Shown here piece by piece: positions 9,094 to 17,802 of a stretch of 64,000 nt of DNA. How positions within the stretch are numbered: the stretch's first letter is position 1; every line of letters begins with the position of its first letter. The position numbers and the translations under genes are program-made. The notes beneath the pieces were generated by a model, which saw only the letters and a list, made by a program, of their open reading frames with translations, was not told the origin of the DNA and ran no database searches. The DNA is from Candidatus Latescibacterota bacterium (GTDB taxonomy: Bacteria > Latescibacterota > UBA2968 > GCA-2709665), in the NCBI GenBank assembly GCA_965219455.1, contig OZ244744.1, positions 4,224,001 through 4,288,000 of the forward strand, in the 5' to 3' direction.

Positions 9094-10110
9094 CTACCCG
9101 CGGCGTTTCCGTCCCCCGGATTTCATTTCATCCAGCTTGGCCTTTTGTTCATCCGTAAGGATGGCGTCGAGGTCATTCTCGAAATCTTCTTTCAATTCGT
9201 GCAGCGTGTACCTGAGACCCGAACGGTCGCCTGACTCCTGAGCACTGTCGATCGCGGATTTAACGTCGGCCTGGTAATCCTCATACAATTCCTTGAGGTC
9301 CGCGATCTGTTGGTCGCTCAGGCCAAGGGAATCGCTCAGTGCGGCGATGTAATTTCCCCGCCCGCTGTCCTTCCTCCGGGAGGTTGCATTGGCCTTGATT
9401 TCCTCGAGTCTGGTCTGTTGCTCGTCCGTGAGGACATCGTTGAAGTCCTCTTCGAATCCCAGTCTCAATTCCTTCAGACTCTCCCGAAGCCCTGTACGGT
9501 CTCCCGACGCTTTGGCGTTATCGATCAGGGCCTTGACGTCGGCCTGGTAGTCATCGTGCAGTTCATTCAGATCCGCGACCTGTTCGTCGCTCAGGCCCAG
9601 CGAGTCGGTCAACGACGCGATGTAATTCTCCCACGCTTTGTCCTTCCTCCGTGCGGCCGCATTGACCTTGATTTCCTCGAGTCTGGTCTGTTGCTCGTCC
9701 GTGAGGACGTCGTTGAAGTCCTCTTCGAATCCCAGTCTCAATTCCTTCAGACTCTCCCGAAGCCCGGTACGGTCTCCCGACGCTTTGGCGCTATCGATCA
9801 GGGCCTCGACGTCGGCCCGGTAGTCTTCATGCAGTGCATTCAGATCCGCGACCTGCTGGTCGCTCAGACCCAGCGAGTCGGTCAGCGCCGCGACATATCG
9901 TTCCCATCCATTGTGGTTCCCGCGCCGAAATTTGCTGTAATTGTCGCCATCAAATTTGGAACCTATCTCGTCCGTGGACGCCTTTGAGGCCTGAGATGAG
10001 CTTTCAGTGGATCCAGTCCCGGTTGGAGACTCGACGGGGATCTTGTTACCGCACCCGAGGAGTGTGAAGGAGACGACGACGGACGTGATGGCAAATCTGC
10101 GAAACGACAT
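9094..10110 (-). CDS. Lipoprotein with three tandem ~91-aa helical Spy/CpxP (LTxxQ)-like repeats
   Basis: Lipobox LLG-C; the unit SLGLSDQQ...VLTDEQ occurs three times; the DNA repeat period is 273 bp (9421 versus 9694). Confidence 0.8.
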   Translation of the reverse strand: MSFRRFAITSVVVSFTLLGCGNKIPVESPTGTGSTESSSQASKASTDEIGSKFDGDNYSKFRRGNHNGWERYVAALTDSLGLSDQQVADLNALHEDYRADVEALIDSAKASGDRTGLRESLKELRLGFEEDFNDVLTDEQQTRLEEIKVNAAARRKDKAWENYIASLTDSLGLSDEQVADLNELHDDYQADVKALIDNAKASGDRTGLRESLKELRLGFEEDFNDVLTDEQQTRLEEIKANATSRRKDSGRGNYIAALSDSLGLSDQQIADLKELYEDYQADVKSAIDSAQESGDRSGLRYTLHELKEDFENDLDAILTDEQKAKLDEMKSGGRKRRG

Positions 10111-10141
10111 TTCTGTTTCCTTTCTATCCCGGCTGATTCGG

Positions 10142-10657
10142 TCAAATCGAAGAGGGGCTGGCGTCGTTGCGGTCGGGACGTGGATGTCCCATTCCCTTCA
10201 AGCCCCTCCGGTAGCCACCCTTGCGCCACATCTTGCGAAATCCTTTTTTCGGACGATCCCTACGCATTTCGCGAAGCATGTTCCGTTGCTCCGGGGTCAG
10301 GACGCTGTTGACTTTGAGTCGGTGGTTGACCCGGTTTTCCAGGATCAGGGATCGGGCGTTGTTGACGGTGCCAACCCGCGCTTTGACCTCGGCAGGGCTC
10401 GGTTCGTCCTGCCCCATAGCGGCTCGGAGATCCAGCCTGGCCACCTTCAGGTCGGCGCGCAACTGCGCCATCTGTTTGGCCCGCTCCAGGTTGAGGCTTT
10501 CCAACCTGGTCCGCTGTTCTGCCGAGAGTTCCAGGGCTGCCATTGGCGACTTCCGGGCTTTCCAGCCACGTTTGCCGCGATGGGCGTTTGAGGGCAGCGC
10601 CCACGCGATGACAACAACGGGAATGAGAATTGCAGCGATGAAAGCTAGACGTTTCAT
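10142..10657 (-). CDS. Periplasmic Spy/CpxP/ZraP-family protein
   Basis: Signal peptide, LELSAEQ and VLTPEQR motifs, helical and basic composition. Confidence 0.8.
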   Translation of the reverse strand: MKRLAFIAAILIPVVVIAWALPSNAHRGKRGWKARKSPMAALELSAEQRTRLESLNLERAKQMAQLRADLKVARLDLRAAMGQDEPSPAEVKARVGTVNNARSLILENRVNHRLKVNSVLTPEQRNMLREMRRDRPKKGFRKMWRKGGYRRGLKGMGHPRPDRNDASPSSI

Positions 10658-10748
10658 GGTTTGGCTCCTTTCGGTTTTCCCGGCTATTCGTCTTTAATGG
10701 CGGTTACCCGGCGTGTCGAGGATGCGCATCCAACAATGGCTTTACACC

Positions 10749-10780
10749 TTTGACAGATGGTTGCATCCGTGCGTTCCCTG
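10749..10780 (-). promoter_or_regulatory. Putative ECF (sigmaE-like) promoter
   Basis: CAGGGAACGC-N16-GTCAAA; same layout as the copy at 12854-12885. Confidence 0.65.
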
Positions 10781-10786
10781 ATGCGA

Positions 10787-11680
10787 TCAGAAATTGAATG
10801 TCCTGCCACCGGGTCTACGCCTGAAGCGGCGCTCCCATCCCATGCGTCGCTCGATGCCGGCAGTGATTTCTTTGAACTTCTCTGCCTGATTTGCACGCAG
10901 CAGGGTTTTGATTTCAGACCAGGTCTTCCCGGTTATGGACGCGAATTGCTCGTCGCGTTTCTGGAATATCCGGCGGGTTGCCTCCCGTCCGTCCTTCTCG
11001 ATCTGATCGATTTTGGCCCGTTGCTCGACCGATAAATCCAGGTTCCACCTTCGGTAGAGTCCTCGAAAGGGAACCGGTTTGCGTGCCTTGATTTGTTTCA
11101 ACTGCTGCGGGGCGAGCACGCCGTACATTTTTTCGCGTGTCTGTTCCACCCTTGTCCTCAACTGCTTTCGGATTTTCCTGCGCATTTTTTGCATCGACGC
11201 CCAATTCTTTTTGAGGATACTTCTCACGTTCGCCTGTTGTTCTTCGTCGAGGTCGAGATCCCTGGTGAGTTGTCGCAGGATAATTTCCGGAGACACGGGG
11301 CTTGTCAATTCGTCGAATCTCTCCTGCTGATCCGGCGTGAGTAGATCCCGAATCCTGGCCCACGTTTTTCGGGTGACCGACTCGGTCTTCGCGCGGATTT
11401 CCCTGCGCATTTTGCCCATCGTTAACCGACCTTCATCCAGGATCTTTTCGATTTCGGTCCGTTGCTCGCCGGTCAGTTCGAGGTTTCGAACGTATCGATT
11501 GAGCAGGCGTTCCGAAGTTGAGCCAAACGGGGGTGTGCGGCGGCGTTCAGACCGGTCGGAAATCCCTTGACCTTTGCCAGGGGGACCCCAGCGCTGGTAC
11601 GTGGCGCCCAGGGCTGCTCCGAGGACGAAAATGCCCAACGCAAGCAGGACGGCCTTCATGCGGGTGGCGTTTGTCGACAT
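10787..11680 (-). CDS. Exported or membrane-anchored protein with multiple LTxxQ helical repeats
   Basis: N-terminal hydrophobic segment; LELTGEQ, LLTPDQQ, LDLDEEQ, LDLSVEQ motifs. Confidence 0.75.
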   Translation of the reverse strand: MSTNATRMKAVLLALGIFVLGAALGATYQRWGPPGKGQGISDRSERRRTPPFGSTSERLLNRYVRNLELTGEQRTEIEKILDEGRLTMGKMRREIRAKTESVTRKTWARIRDLLTPDQQERFDELTSPVSPEIILRQLTRDLDLDEEQQANVRSILKKNWASMQKMRRKIRKQLRTRVEQTREKMYGVLAPQQLKQIKARKPVPFRGLYRRWNLDLSVEQRAKIDQIEKDGREATRRIFQKRDEQFASITGKTWSEIKTLLRANQAEKFKEITAGIERRMGWERRFRRRPGGRTFNF

Positions 11681-11683
11681 GGG

Positions 11684-12127
11684 CTACCTCGTCTGCAGTA
11701 TATATAAAATGTCGTCGCGGGAAAGTTCGCCCTGGGAGAACATGCCAACGTCCGTTTCCGCCCACTGCACCTTCAGATAGTCTTCCAGCGTATATTCGGG
11801 CGCTTCGGTGGTGAGATTGCCCAGGACGGCCAGAAGCAGGACAGCGGCGGCCAGAATTGGAAGAAACCTCGTGCCTACCCATTCAAACTGTTTCCACGGC
11901 TCCGCGACGTCTTCGACGACAATATGCCGCGCAATGTGCCGCCAGAGCCCAGGCGGCGCGGATTCGGGTCTGGCGGCAAGCAGGCGTTGTATGCGCTTGA
12001 GATAATCCAGTTCTTCCCGACATGCGGCTGAGGCGGAGAGGCGCGCCTCAACCTCGCGCATTTGTTCGGCCGGCAGGTTGGATTCCAGATATGCGGGTAA
12101 AAGGGCCTTGACTTCGGAATCTTTCAT
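11684..12127 (-). CDS. Transmembrane anti-sigma factor (degenerate zf-HC2-like N-terminus)
   Basis: LLPAYLESNL...EVEARLSASAACREEL, single TM segment; start overlaps the sigma stop codon (ATGA). Confidence 0.8.
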   Translation of the reverse strand: MKDSEVKALLPAYLESNLPAEQMREVEARLSASAACREELDYLKRIQRLLAARPESAPPGLWRHIARHIVVEDVAEPWKQFEWVGTRFLPILAAAVLLLAVLGNLTTEAPEYTLEDYLKVQWAETDVGMFSQGELSRDDILYILQTR

Positions 12128-12714
12128 GGCGATGTACCCTCTTTCCACTCGTTGTATACGGGCCGTAGAAGATCCCTGAGATGTGCCCTGGCCCGAGAGA
12201 GACGAGATTTGACCGTACCTACCGAACAATTCAGCGTTTCTGAAATCTCTTCCTGCGACATTCCCTCGATATCTTTCAGCACGATAACCAGCCGATGGTT
12301 GGGCGAGAGTTGATTAAGAATTTTCTGTATGGTTTCCTGGAGCTGCAGCCGCTCGAAATCGCCGGCGGGTGTTCGGAATTCCCAGAGGTGTTCGGAAGAG
12401 AAGCGTCCGGACTCCAGGAGGGTATCGAGCGAGGTTGAATCTCGACGACGCTTCTCTTTTTGTGCCGCGTTGAGACAGACGTTAACGGCGATTTTATAGA
12501 GCCAGGTGTAGAACCCCGATTCCGCCCGGAATCTGGGCAGGGCCTGGTATGCTCGAATGAAGGCTGTCTGGGCGGCATCCCTGGCGACCTCCCGGTCTCC
12601 CAGAATTGAACAGGCCAGGTTGTAGAGGCGCCCTTCGTAACGTTCCACCAGTACCCGATACGCCTGATGATCTCCCTTCTGGCAGCGTCTGACCAGATCC
12701 AGCTCTTCACCCAT
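12124..12714 (-). CDS. ECF RNA polymerase sigma factor (RpoE-like)
   Basis: Region 2 (ARDAAQTAFIRAY...FYTWLYKIAVN) and region 4 (SQEEISETLNCSVGTVKSRLSRAR). Confidence 0.95.
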   Translation of the reverse strand: MGEELDLVRRCQKGDHQAYRVLVERYEGRLYNLACSILGDREVARDAAQTAFIRAYQALPRFRAESGFYTWLYKIAVNVCLNAAQKEKRRRDSTSLDTLLESGRFSSEHLWEFRTPAGDFERLQLQETIQKILNQLSPNHRLVIVLKDIEGMSQEEISETLNCSVGTVKSRLSRARAHLRDLLRPVYNEWKEGTSP

Positions 12715-12853
12715 TCAGGCTCCCGGAAACACGGCATAGATCCAAACCAACAGATATGGTGGCTGCATTTGGGCAACCGGCAGTGACATGAAAAACGGCC
12801 CCGCACTGCTTTGGGGGTTGGGCGTGCCGCCTGCATTTTGACTCTTCACACTC

Positions 12854-12885
12854 TTAGACATGCCCGTTGTGGCCGGCGTTCCCTG
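12854..12885 (-). promoter_or_regulatory. Putative autoregulatory ECF promoter
   Basis: CAGGGAACGC-N16-GTCTAA, about 140 nt upstream of the sigma gene; resembles the sigmaE-type GGAAC/GTCnAA consensus. Confidence 0.65.
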
Positions 12886-12946
12886 CGGGCACGAAAATCC
12901 GGATGCTGTTGAACAACATCCGGCGGTTGATCTTTTTTCCGAGTAT

Positions 12947-14722
12947 TCACTCGGTGATTATATCCGCAAATGTATGGCCGGAGGGAATCATGGGAAGGAC
13001 ATGTTCCTGGTAGGGCACGATCACGTCGAGTAAGTAGGGGCCGGGTGTCTCGAGCAGGCATTCCAGGGCTCCCCGAAGGTCTTTCTTGTGTTCCACGCGA
13101 GCGGCTGGAATGCCGAATCCCTCGGCAATTTTGACAAAATTGGGATGGATGCCGCCATCCGGATCGCCTATAAACGTATGCCCGCGGTTGCTCTGATAGA
13201 ACCGGTCTTCCCACTGAACCACCATACCCAGATGCTGGTTGTTGATGATGATTGTCTTAACGGGCAGTTTCTCCACATATAGAGTGGCCAGTTCCTGCAC
13301 ATTCATAACAAAGCTCCCGTCGCCATCGACGTTGACGACCAGGTCGCCAGGTCGGGCCAGTTGCGCGCCCAGGGCGGCGGGTAGACCGAAGCCCATAGCG
13401 CCCAGCCCGCCCGACGTGAGCCAGTTGCGGGGCTCGTCGAAGAGGTAATACTGGGCGGCCCACATCTGATGCTGTCCCACTCCGGTGGAGACCACCGCTT
13501 TCCCTTCCGTTATTCGGTACAGCAGGTCTATGGCATGCTGCGGCAGGATCGCGTCGGCCGTTTCCTGGTAACCGAGCGGATATTTCTGTCGCCAGGTCTC
13601 CAAGTCGGCATGCCAGGCGGCGTAGTCTCCTGGCTCCACCTGCTTATTCAGGTCCTCAAGTGCGTATTTGACGTCGCTCACAACAGGAATGTGCGCGATT
13701 TTGTTCTTGTTGATTTCAGATGGGTCGATATCGACGTGCACGATTTTGCCGTGTTTGCAGAATTCTTCGAGCTTTCCGGTGACGCGGTCGTCGAAACGAA
13801 CGCCCATAGCCAGCAGCAGGTCCGCATGGTTGATCGCGTAGTTGGCGTATACTGTGCCGTGCATGCCGACCATCCTGAGCGAGAGCGGATGGGTTTCCGG
13901 GAAAACGCCCAGCCCCATGAGTGTTTGCACTACGGGTATATTGGTCTTACGGACGAGTTCTCGAAGCTGCTTGGCGGCACCGGCAGCCACGATGCCACCG
14001 CCGACATAAAGGACCGGTCGTTTGGCTTCGCGGATGGCGCGGACGACGTTATCGATGGCTTCGTTGTCGGCCCGGATATGTGGATTGTAGCTTCGAATGG
14101 CCACGCCATCGGGCCAAACCGGAGTATGCATTGCTTGTTGCACATCTTTCGGCACATCGATCAACACGGGTCCGGGACGGCCCGTGCTTGCAATGTGGAA
14201 TGATTCCTTTACAATACGTGGAATATCCTCTATGCGATCGATCAGGAAGTTGTGTTTGGTGATTTGCCGGGTGACCTCGATGATGGGCGTCTCCTGAAAG
14301 GCGTCGCCCCCCATCACGTGTGTCGCCACCTGACCCGTGATAGCCACGAGAGGAACGGAATCCATCTTGGCATCCGCCAATCCGGTGACCAGGTTGGTGG
14401 CTCCCGGCCCTGATGTGGCCAGACACACGCCGACCCTGCCAGATGCCTTGGCAAATCCTTCCGCGGCAAAGATCTCACCCTGTTCGTGCCGGCACAGTAC
14501 GTTGCGTATCCTGGACCGTGTGAGCGCCTGATGAATCTCCATACTGGCGCCGCCAGGGTATCCGAAGATGACATCGACACCTTCTCTGACCAGCGCTTCC
14601 ACCAGGATATCCGCGCCCTTCATTGGGGATGCGGGGGGCGAAGACGCGCCACCGATCCCCACCTGCTGTTCCGGGCGCCCGTTGGTCTCGGAAGCGCGAA
14701 TTTTCTCTGATCCCTTTGACAT
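12947..14722 (-). CDS. ilvB: Acetolactate synthase large subunit
   Basis: [44 protein letters not shown] motif GDGSFVMN...[11 protein letters not shown]. Confidence 0.96.
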   Translation of the reverse strand: MSKGSEKIRASETNGRPEQQVGIGGASSPPASPMKGADILVEALVREGVDVIFGYPGGASMEIHQALTRSRIRNVLCRHEQGEIFAAEGFAKASGRVGVCLATSGPGATNLVTGLADAKMDSVPLVAITGQVATHVMGGDAFQETPIIEVTRQITKHNFLIDRIEDIPRIVKESFHIASTGRPGPVLIDVPKDVQQAMHTPVWPDGVAIRSYNPHIRADNEAIDNVVRAIREAKRPVLYVGGGIVAAGAAKQLRELVRKTNIPVVQTLMGLGVFPETHPLSLRMVGMHGTVYANYAINHADLLLAMGVRFDDRVTGKLEEFCKHGKIVHVDIDPSEINKNKIAHIPVVSDVKYALEDLNKQVEPGDYAAWHADLETWRQKYPLGYQETADAILPQHAIDLLYRITEGKAVVSTGVGQHQMWAAQYYLFDEPRNWLTSGGLGAMGFGLPAALGAQLARPGDLVVNVDGDGSFVMNVQELATLYVEKLPVKTIIINNQHLGMVVQWEDRFYQSNRGHTFIGDPDGGIHPNFVKIAEGFGIPAARVEHKKDLRGALECLLETPGPYLLDVIVPYQEHVLPMIPSGHTFADIITE

Positions 14723-14823
14723 TTGCCAAATACTCCTGAGTTTAAGATGCCATTTTAAAATTATTTAATGCAAATTTAACACGTACTGGCGGTCCGTCAA
14801 ATTCGTGTGGTAAAGCCGCAAAC

Positions 14824-14852
14824 AAAAAAGCCGTCGAATCGGCATCGACGGC
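14824..14852 (-). terminator. Intrinsic terminator (attenuator) upstream of ilvB
   Basis: GCCGTCGA-tgccgat-TCGACGGC-TTTTTT on the minus strand. Confidence 0.85.
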
Positions 14853-14881
14853 GGGCTGAATTCGTGTATTTGCCAATATGG

Positions 14882-14989
14882 CTACGAGCCCTGCCGCCGC
14901 CGGGATACGGATACAAAAAGGCCGCTGTTCCGGTTTACGCTATTGTCGACCAGGACTGCAACGGGCATATCGCGTAAATTTAGAACCAT
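14882..14989 (-). CDS. Putative ilvB attenuator leader peptide (35 aa; 7 Val, 4 Leu)
   Basis: AAGGA ribosome-binding site; MVLNLRDMPVAVLVDNSVNRNSGLFVSVSRRRQGS*. CGGCGGCAGGGCT can pair with AGCCCGCCGTCG, which overlaps the terminator 5' arm. Confidence 0.7.
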   Translation of the reverse strand: MVLNLRDMPVAVLVDNSVNRNSGLFVSVSRRRQGS

Positions 14990-15365
14990 GTGGAAATCCT
15001 TTACAACGGTTCCTGGCGGCCTTAGCTGCACCGCCGCCTCGAAACCCCGCCACGACGAAATGCCGGCGGGAGATGCGGTGACAGGTGATCTGCGTTTTTC
15101 AGGAAAGTATAGTATCGGTTTCGAATCGAAAAGTCAAGGTGTTTTTGATTCCGTGCGGTCACGCCCAGGCAGACGGATGAATTCCCAGGAATCCAGTGCG
15201 GTGTCATTTGCGTCCGTGTGTCAAAAGTCTTGCAGGCGCATGCGGTATTTGACTATTTTGAGGGGGAGAACCCATGTTCTTTCGCCGTGACGTCCGAAAT
15301 GGAACGGAAACGCGTGGCCCCTACAGGCTTCCGGTAGAACACCCGTATATATCCGGGGCGGAACA

Positions 15366-16130
15366 TTAGCTCTCTTCCAACTCCCATATCTTGTCGCGGA
15401 TGGCTGCGGCGCGCTCAAAGTCTTCTTCCTCAACGGCTTGAGCCAATTCCTCTTTGAGTTTTTCCGCGGGACTCTGCGGACGTTTGCTCAGAATTTCGTC
15501 TTTGAGTTCTCTAAGGGAATCCTGAGAGCGCTTTTTTTCCATTTCGAACTCTTCGGCCTCCACACCCTCGAGGTTCGCGATCTTCGTTTGCGCGTCGTGG
15601 ATAATTTCGAGGGCTGTGTCGTAATCCTTCTGCTGGGTCGCGATCATCACCCTGGCGACGGCGTGGATTCTGAGAATGTAGGGCCACCACTTTTCAAGGT
15701 TTTTCCGGTCTTCTCCGCGTTCAGCATACCGGTTTACAAAGCGAAAGACGTCCATATTTCTTTCGGTATCGCGCACAACCCGGCTGTAATCTCTAATCTG
15801 GAGCAGAAATACGTATCGCTCGTATATCCGCCTGCTTTCATCGAAGATCTCGGAACAGGCGTGCTCGTCCAGATTGAAGCCGGCGGTCGATCCGGAAGCG
15901 CCCACGTGTTTCTGCAACAGTTTCTTTTGATAGTCCAGGACAAAGGTCTGATTGTAGGGCTTCTGGCCGTCGGGTCGGCCGTCCAGTTCCATTTGCAATA
16001 CGCCTTGAAACGCGCCTTGGTCCACACGCACCTGGATTTTCTCCACGCCCCCGGGATCGATTACTTTACGAATGCTGTTCTGTGGATCGTAAGGCCAGTT
16101 TTTCAGGATTGATCCAATATCTTCTGACAT
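15366..16130 (-). CDS. UvrB/UvrC (UVR) motif-containing protein
   Basis: C-terminal LKEELAQAVEEEDFERAAAIRDKI; N-terminal GVLQMELDGRPDG. Confidence 0.8.
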   Translation of the reverse strand: MSEDIGSILKNWPYDPQNSIRKVIDPGGVEKIQVRVDQGAFQGVLQMELDGRPDGQKPYNQTFVLDYQKKLLQKHVGASGSTAGFNLDEHACSEIFDESRRIYERYVFLLQIRDYSRVVRDTERNMDVFRFVNRYAERGEDRKNLEKWWPYILRIHAVARVMIATQQKDYDTALEIIHDAQTKIANLEGVEAEEFEMEKKRSQDSLRELKDEILSKRPQSPAEKLKEELAQAVEEEDFERAAAIRDKIWELEES

Positions 16131-16460
16131 CCCTGGGCTCCGGGGCTTGAACAAAATTGTCAGTCCATAAGGGTTAGCCGAAGGCCACCGGCAGAACAGT
16201 TGATCGACTGGTTCCACGGAACGCCGGCAGAGATAAATGTATATAAGTTCCATACAAAATCAAGCGTAAAGCCGACTGCCCGGACGATGTGTTCTGAAAT
16301 GCGAAACGACGGGTGAGACAGTGCCGCGAAGGGCTGAAACGGGGGAGCGGCCGATGGATGTAGAGACTGCCTCGAGGCGGGACGATGCCAAGACCTCAGC
16401 CATGGGGCATTGAAACGCATTTATTCCATTTTCGTCTTCTATTCCTATTTGGAGAGCCAT

Positions 16461-17774
16461 ATGCTGGCGATTGCGAGGTGTTTTCGATTTAAAGAGAAGG
16501 GGGCAACCTACCGTACGGAGGTGGTTGGAGGGCTTACTTCGTTTGTAACGATGGCGTATATAGCGGCAGTGAATCCGGGTATGTTGGCGGAAGCGTTGGG
16601 TAAGGATCTTTTTGGAGAACTGTTGTTCGCAACCTGCGTTTCAGCGGCACTGTCGACGTTGATAATGGGCGTTGTCGCGAACTACCCGTTTGCCCTGGCG
16701 CCAGGTATGGGATTGAATGCCTTTTTCACGTATTCGGTGGTACTGGGCATGGGCGTGCGTTGGGATCTGGCATTGGGCGTGGTTCTTGCATCCGGCATTC
16801 TATTTACGTTGCTGACGTTGATGCGGGTGAGGGAGGCCATTATCAACGCGGTACCCGATGCCATAAAACAGGCGACAGCGTGCGGCATTGGGCTGTTTAT
16901 CGCGTTTATCGGATTGAAAAACGCCGGAATCGTAGCGGGAAACTCCGCGACTCTGATTGCACTTGGCGACATCAGGAGTGGACCCGTGGGGCTTACGCTG
17001 TTGGGCGTGCTGGGCACAGGAGTGATGTTGGCAAGAGGTGTGAAGGGAGCCATATTGTTGGGGATGCTGGGCGTGGCGGTTCTGGGCATGATGACGGGCG
17101 TGACCTCCACGCCTCAGGGGCTTTTCAGTTTGCCTGCGTGGCCGGAGCGGTTGTTCGGGGTTGCGGCAGTCAACCTGACGGCGGCTTTAGATGTCGGCTT
17201 GATCGGCGTGGTGTTTGTATTTTTGTTTGTGGATATGTTCGACACGATGGGTACGCTGGTGGGTGTGTCCGGGAGAGCGGGGTTTCTGGATGAACGTGGT
17301 CGACTGCCGCGAGCCAACCGGGCGCTCCTGGCCGATTCATTGGGCACGATATTGGGTTCGCTCTTTGGGACGTCGACCGTGACGACGTATGTCGAAAGCG
17401 CGGCGGGTATTTCTGCCGGAGCGCGTACCGGTTTCGCCAGTGTGGTCACGGGCGCCATGTTTCTGCTGGCGCTTTTCTTTGCGCCGTTGGTGGAGGCCAT
17501 TCCGGCGTTTGCAACCGCGCCCGCGCTGATCGTGGTGGGTGTGCTGATGATGGCATCGGTGCTAAACGTGAATTGGCACGACGTCACCGATGCGTTGCCG
17601 GCCTTTCTGACGATGATCGGCATGCCGTTGACGTTCAGTATTTCGGACGGTCTTGCGATGGGGTTTATAGCGTTTCCCATTGTGAAACGGCTGGGAGGAC
17701 GTGGTGACGAAGTGAATCCCCTTGTGGACCTGCTGGCGGTGATCTTCATCGCCCGGTACCTGTTTATGGACTGA
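16461..17774 (+). CDS. NCS2/AzgA-family nucleobase permease
   Basis: TEVVGGLTSFVTMAYI, ALAPGMGLNAFF, DMFDTMGT, TTYVESAAGI, GARTG. Confidence 0.93.
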   Translation: MLAIARCFRFKEKGATYRTEVVGGLTSFVTMAYIAAVNPGMLAEALGKDLFGELLFATCVSAALSTLIMGVVANYPFALAPGMGLNAFFTYSVVLGMGVRWDLALGVVLASGILFTLLTLMRVREAIINAVPDAIKQATACGIGLFIAFIGLKNAGIVAGNSATLIALGDIRSGPVGLTLLGVLGTGVMLARGVKGAILLGMLGVAVLGMMTGVTSTPQGLFSLPAWPERLFGVAAVNLTAALDVGLIGVVFVFLFVDMFDTMGTLVGVSGRAGFLDERGRLPRANRALLADSLGTILGSLFGTSTVTTYVESAAGISAGARTGFASVVTGAMFLLALFFAPLVEAIPAFATAPALIVVGVLMMASVLNVNWHDVTDALPAFLTMIGMPLTFSISDGLAMGFIAFPIVKRLGGRGDEVNPLVDLLAVIFIARYLFMD

Positions 17775-17802
17775 GAATATCCGCTTCCAGGATGGCTCGA
17801 CT

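Noticed and set aside
9094-9910. CRISPR or other non-coding repeat array
   Set aside because: The repeats are 273-bp in-frame coding duplications with no spacers; no CRISPR array or cas gene was seen in the window.
15020-15085. GC-rich nested hairpin upstream of the ilvB leader as a riboswitch
   Set aside because: No recognisable aptamer motif; such pairing can arise by chance at this GC content.
16130-16460. Purine riboswitch ahead of the NCS2 permease
   Set aside because: The conserved purine-aptamer core could not be identified by eye; an Rfam scan would be needed.
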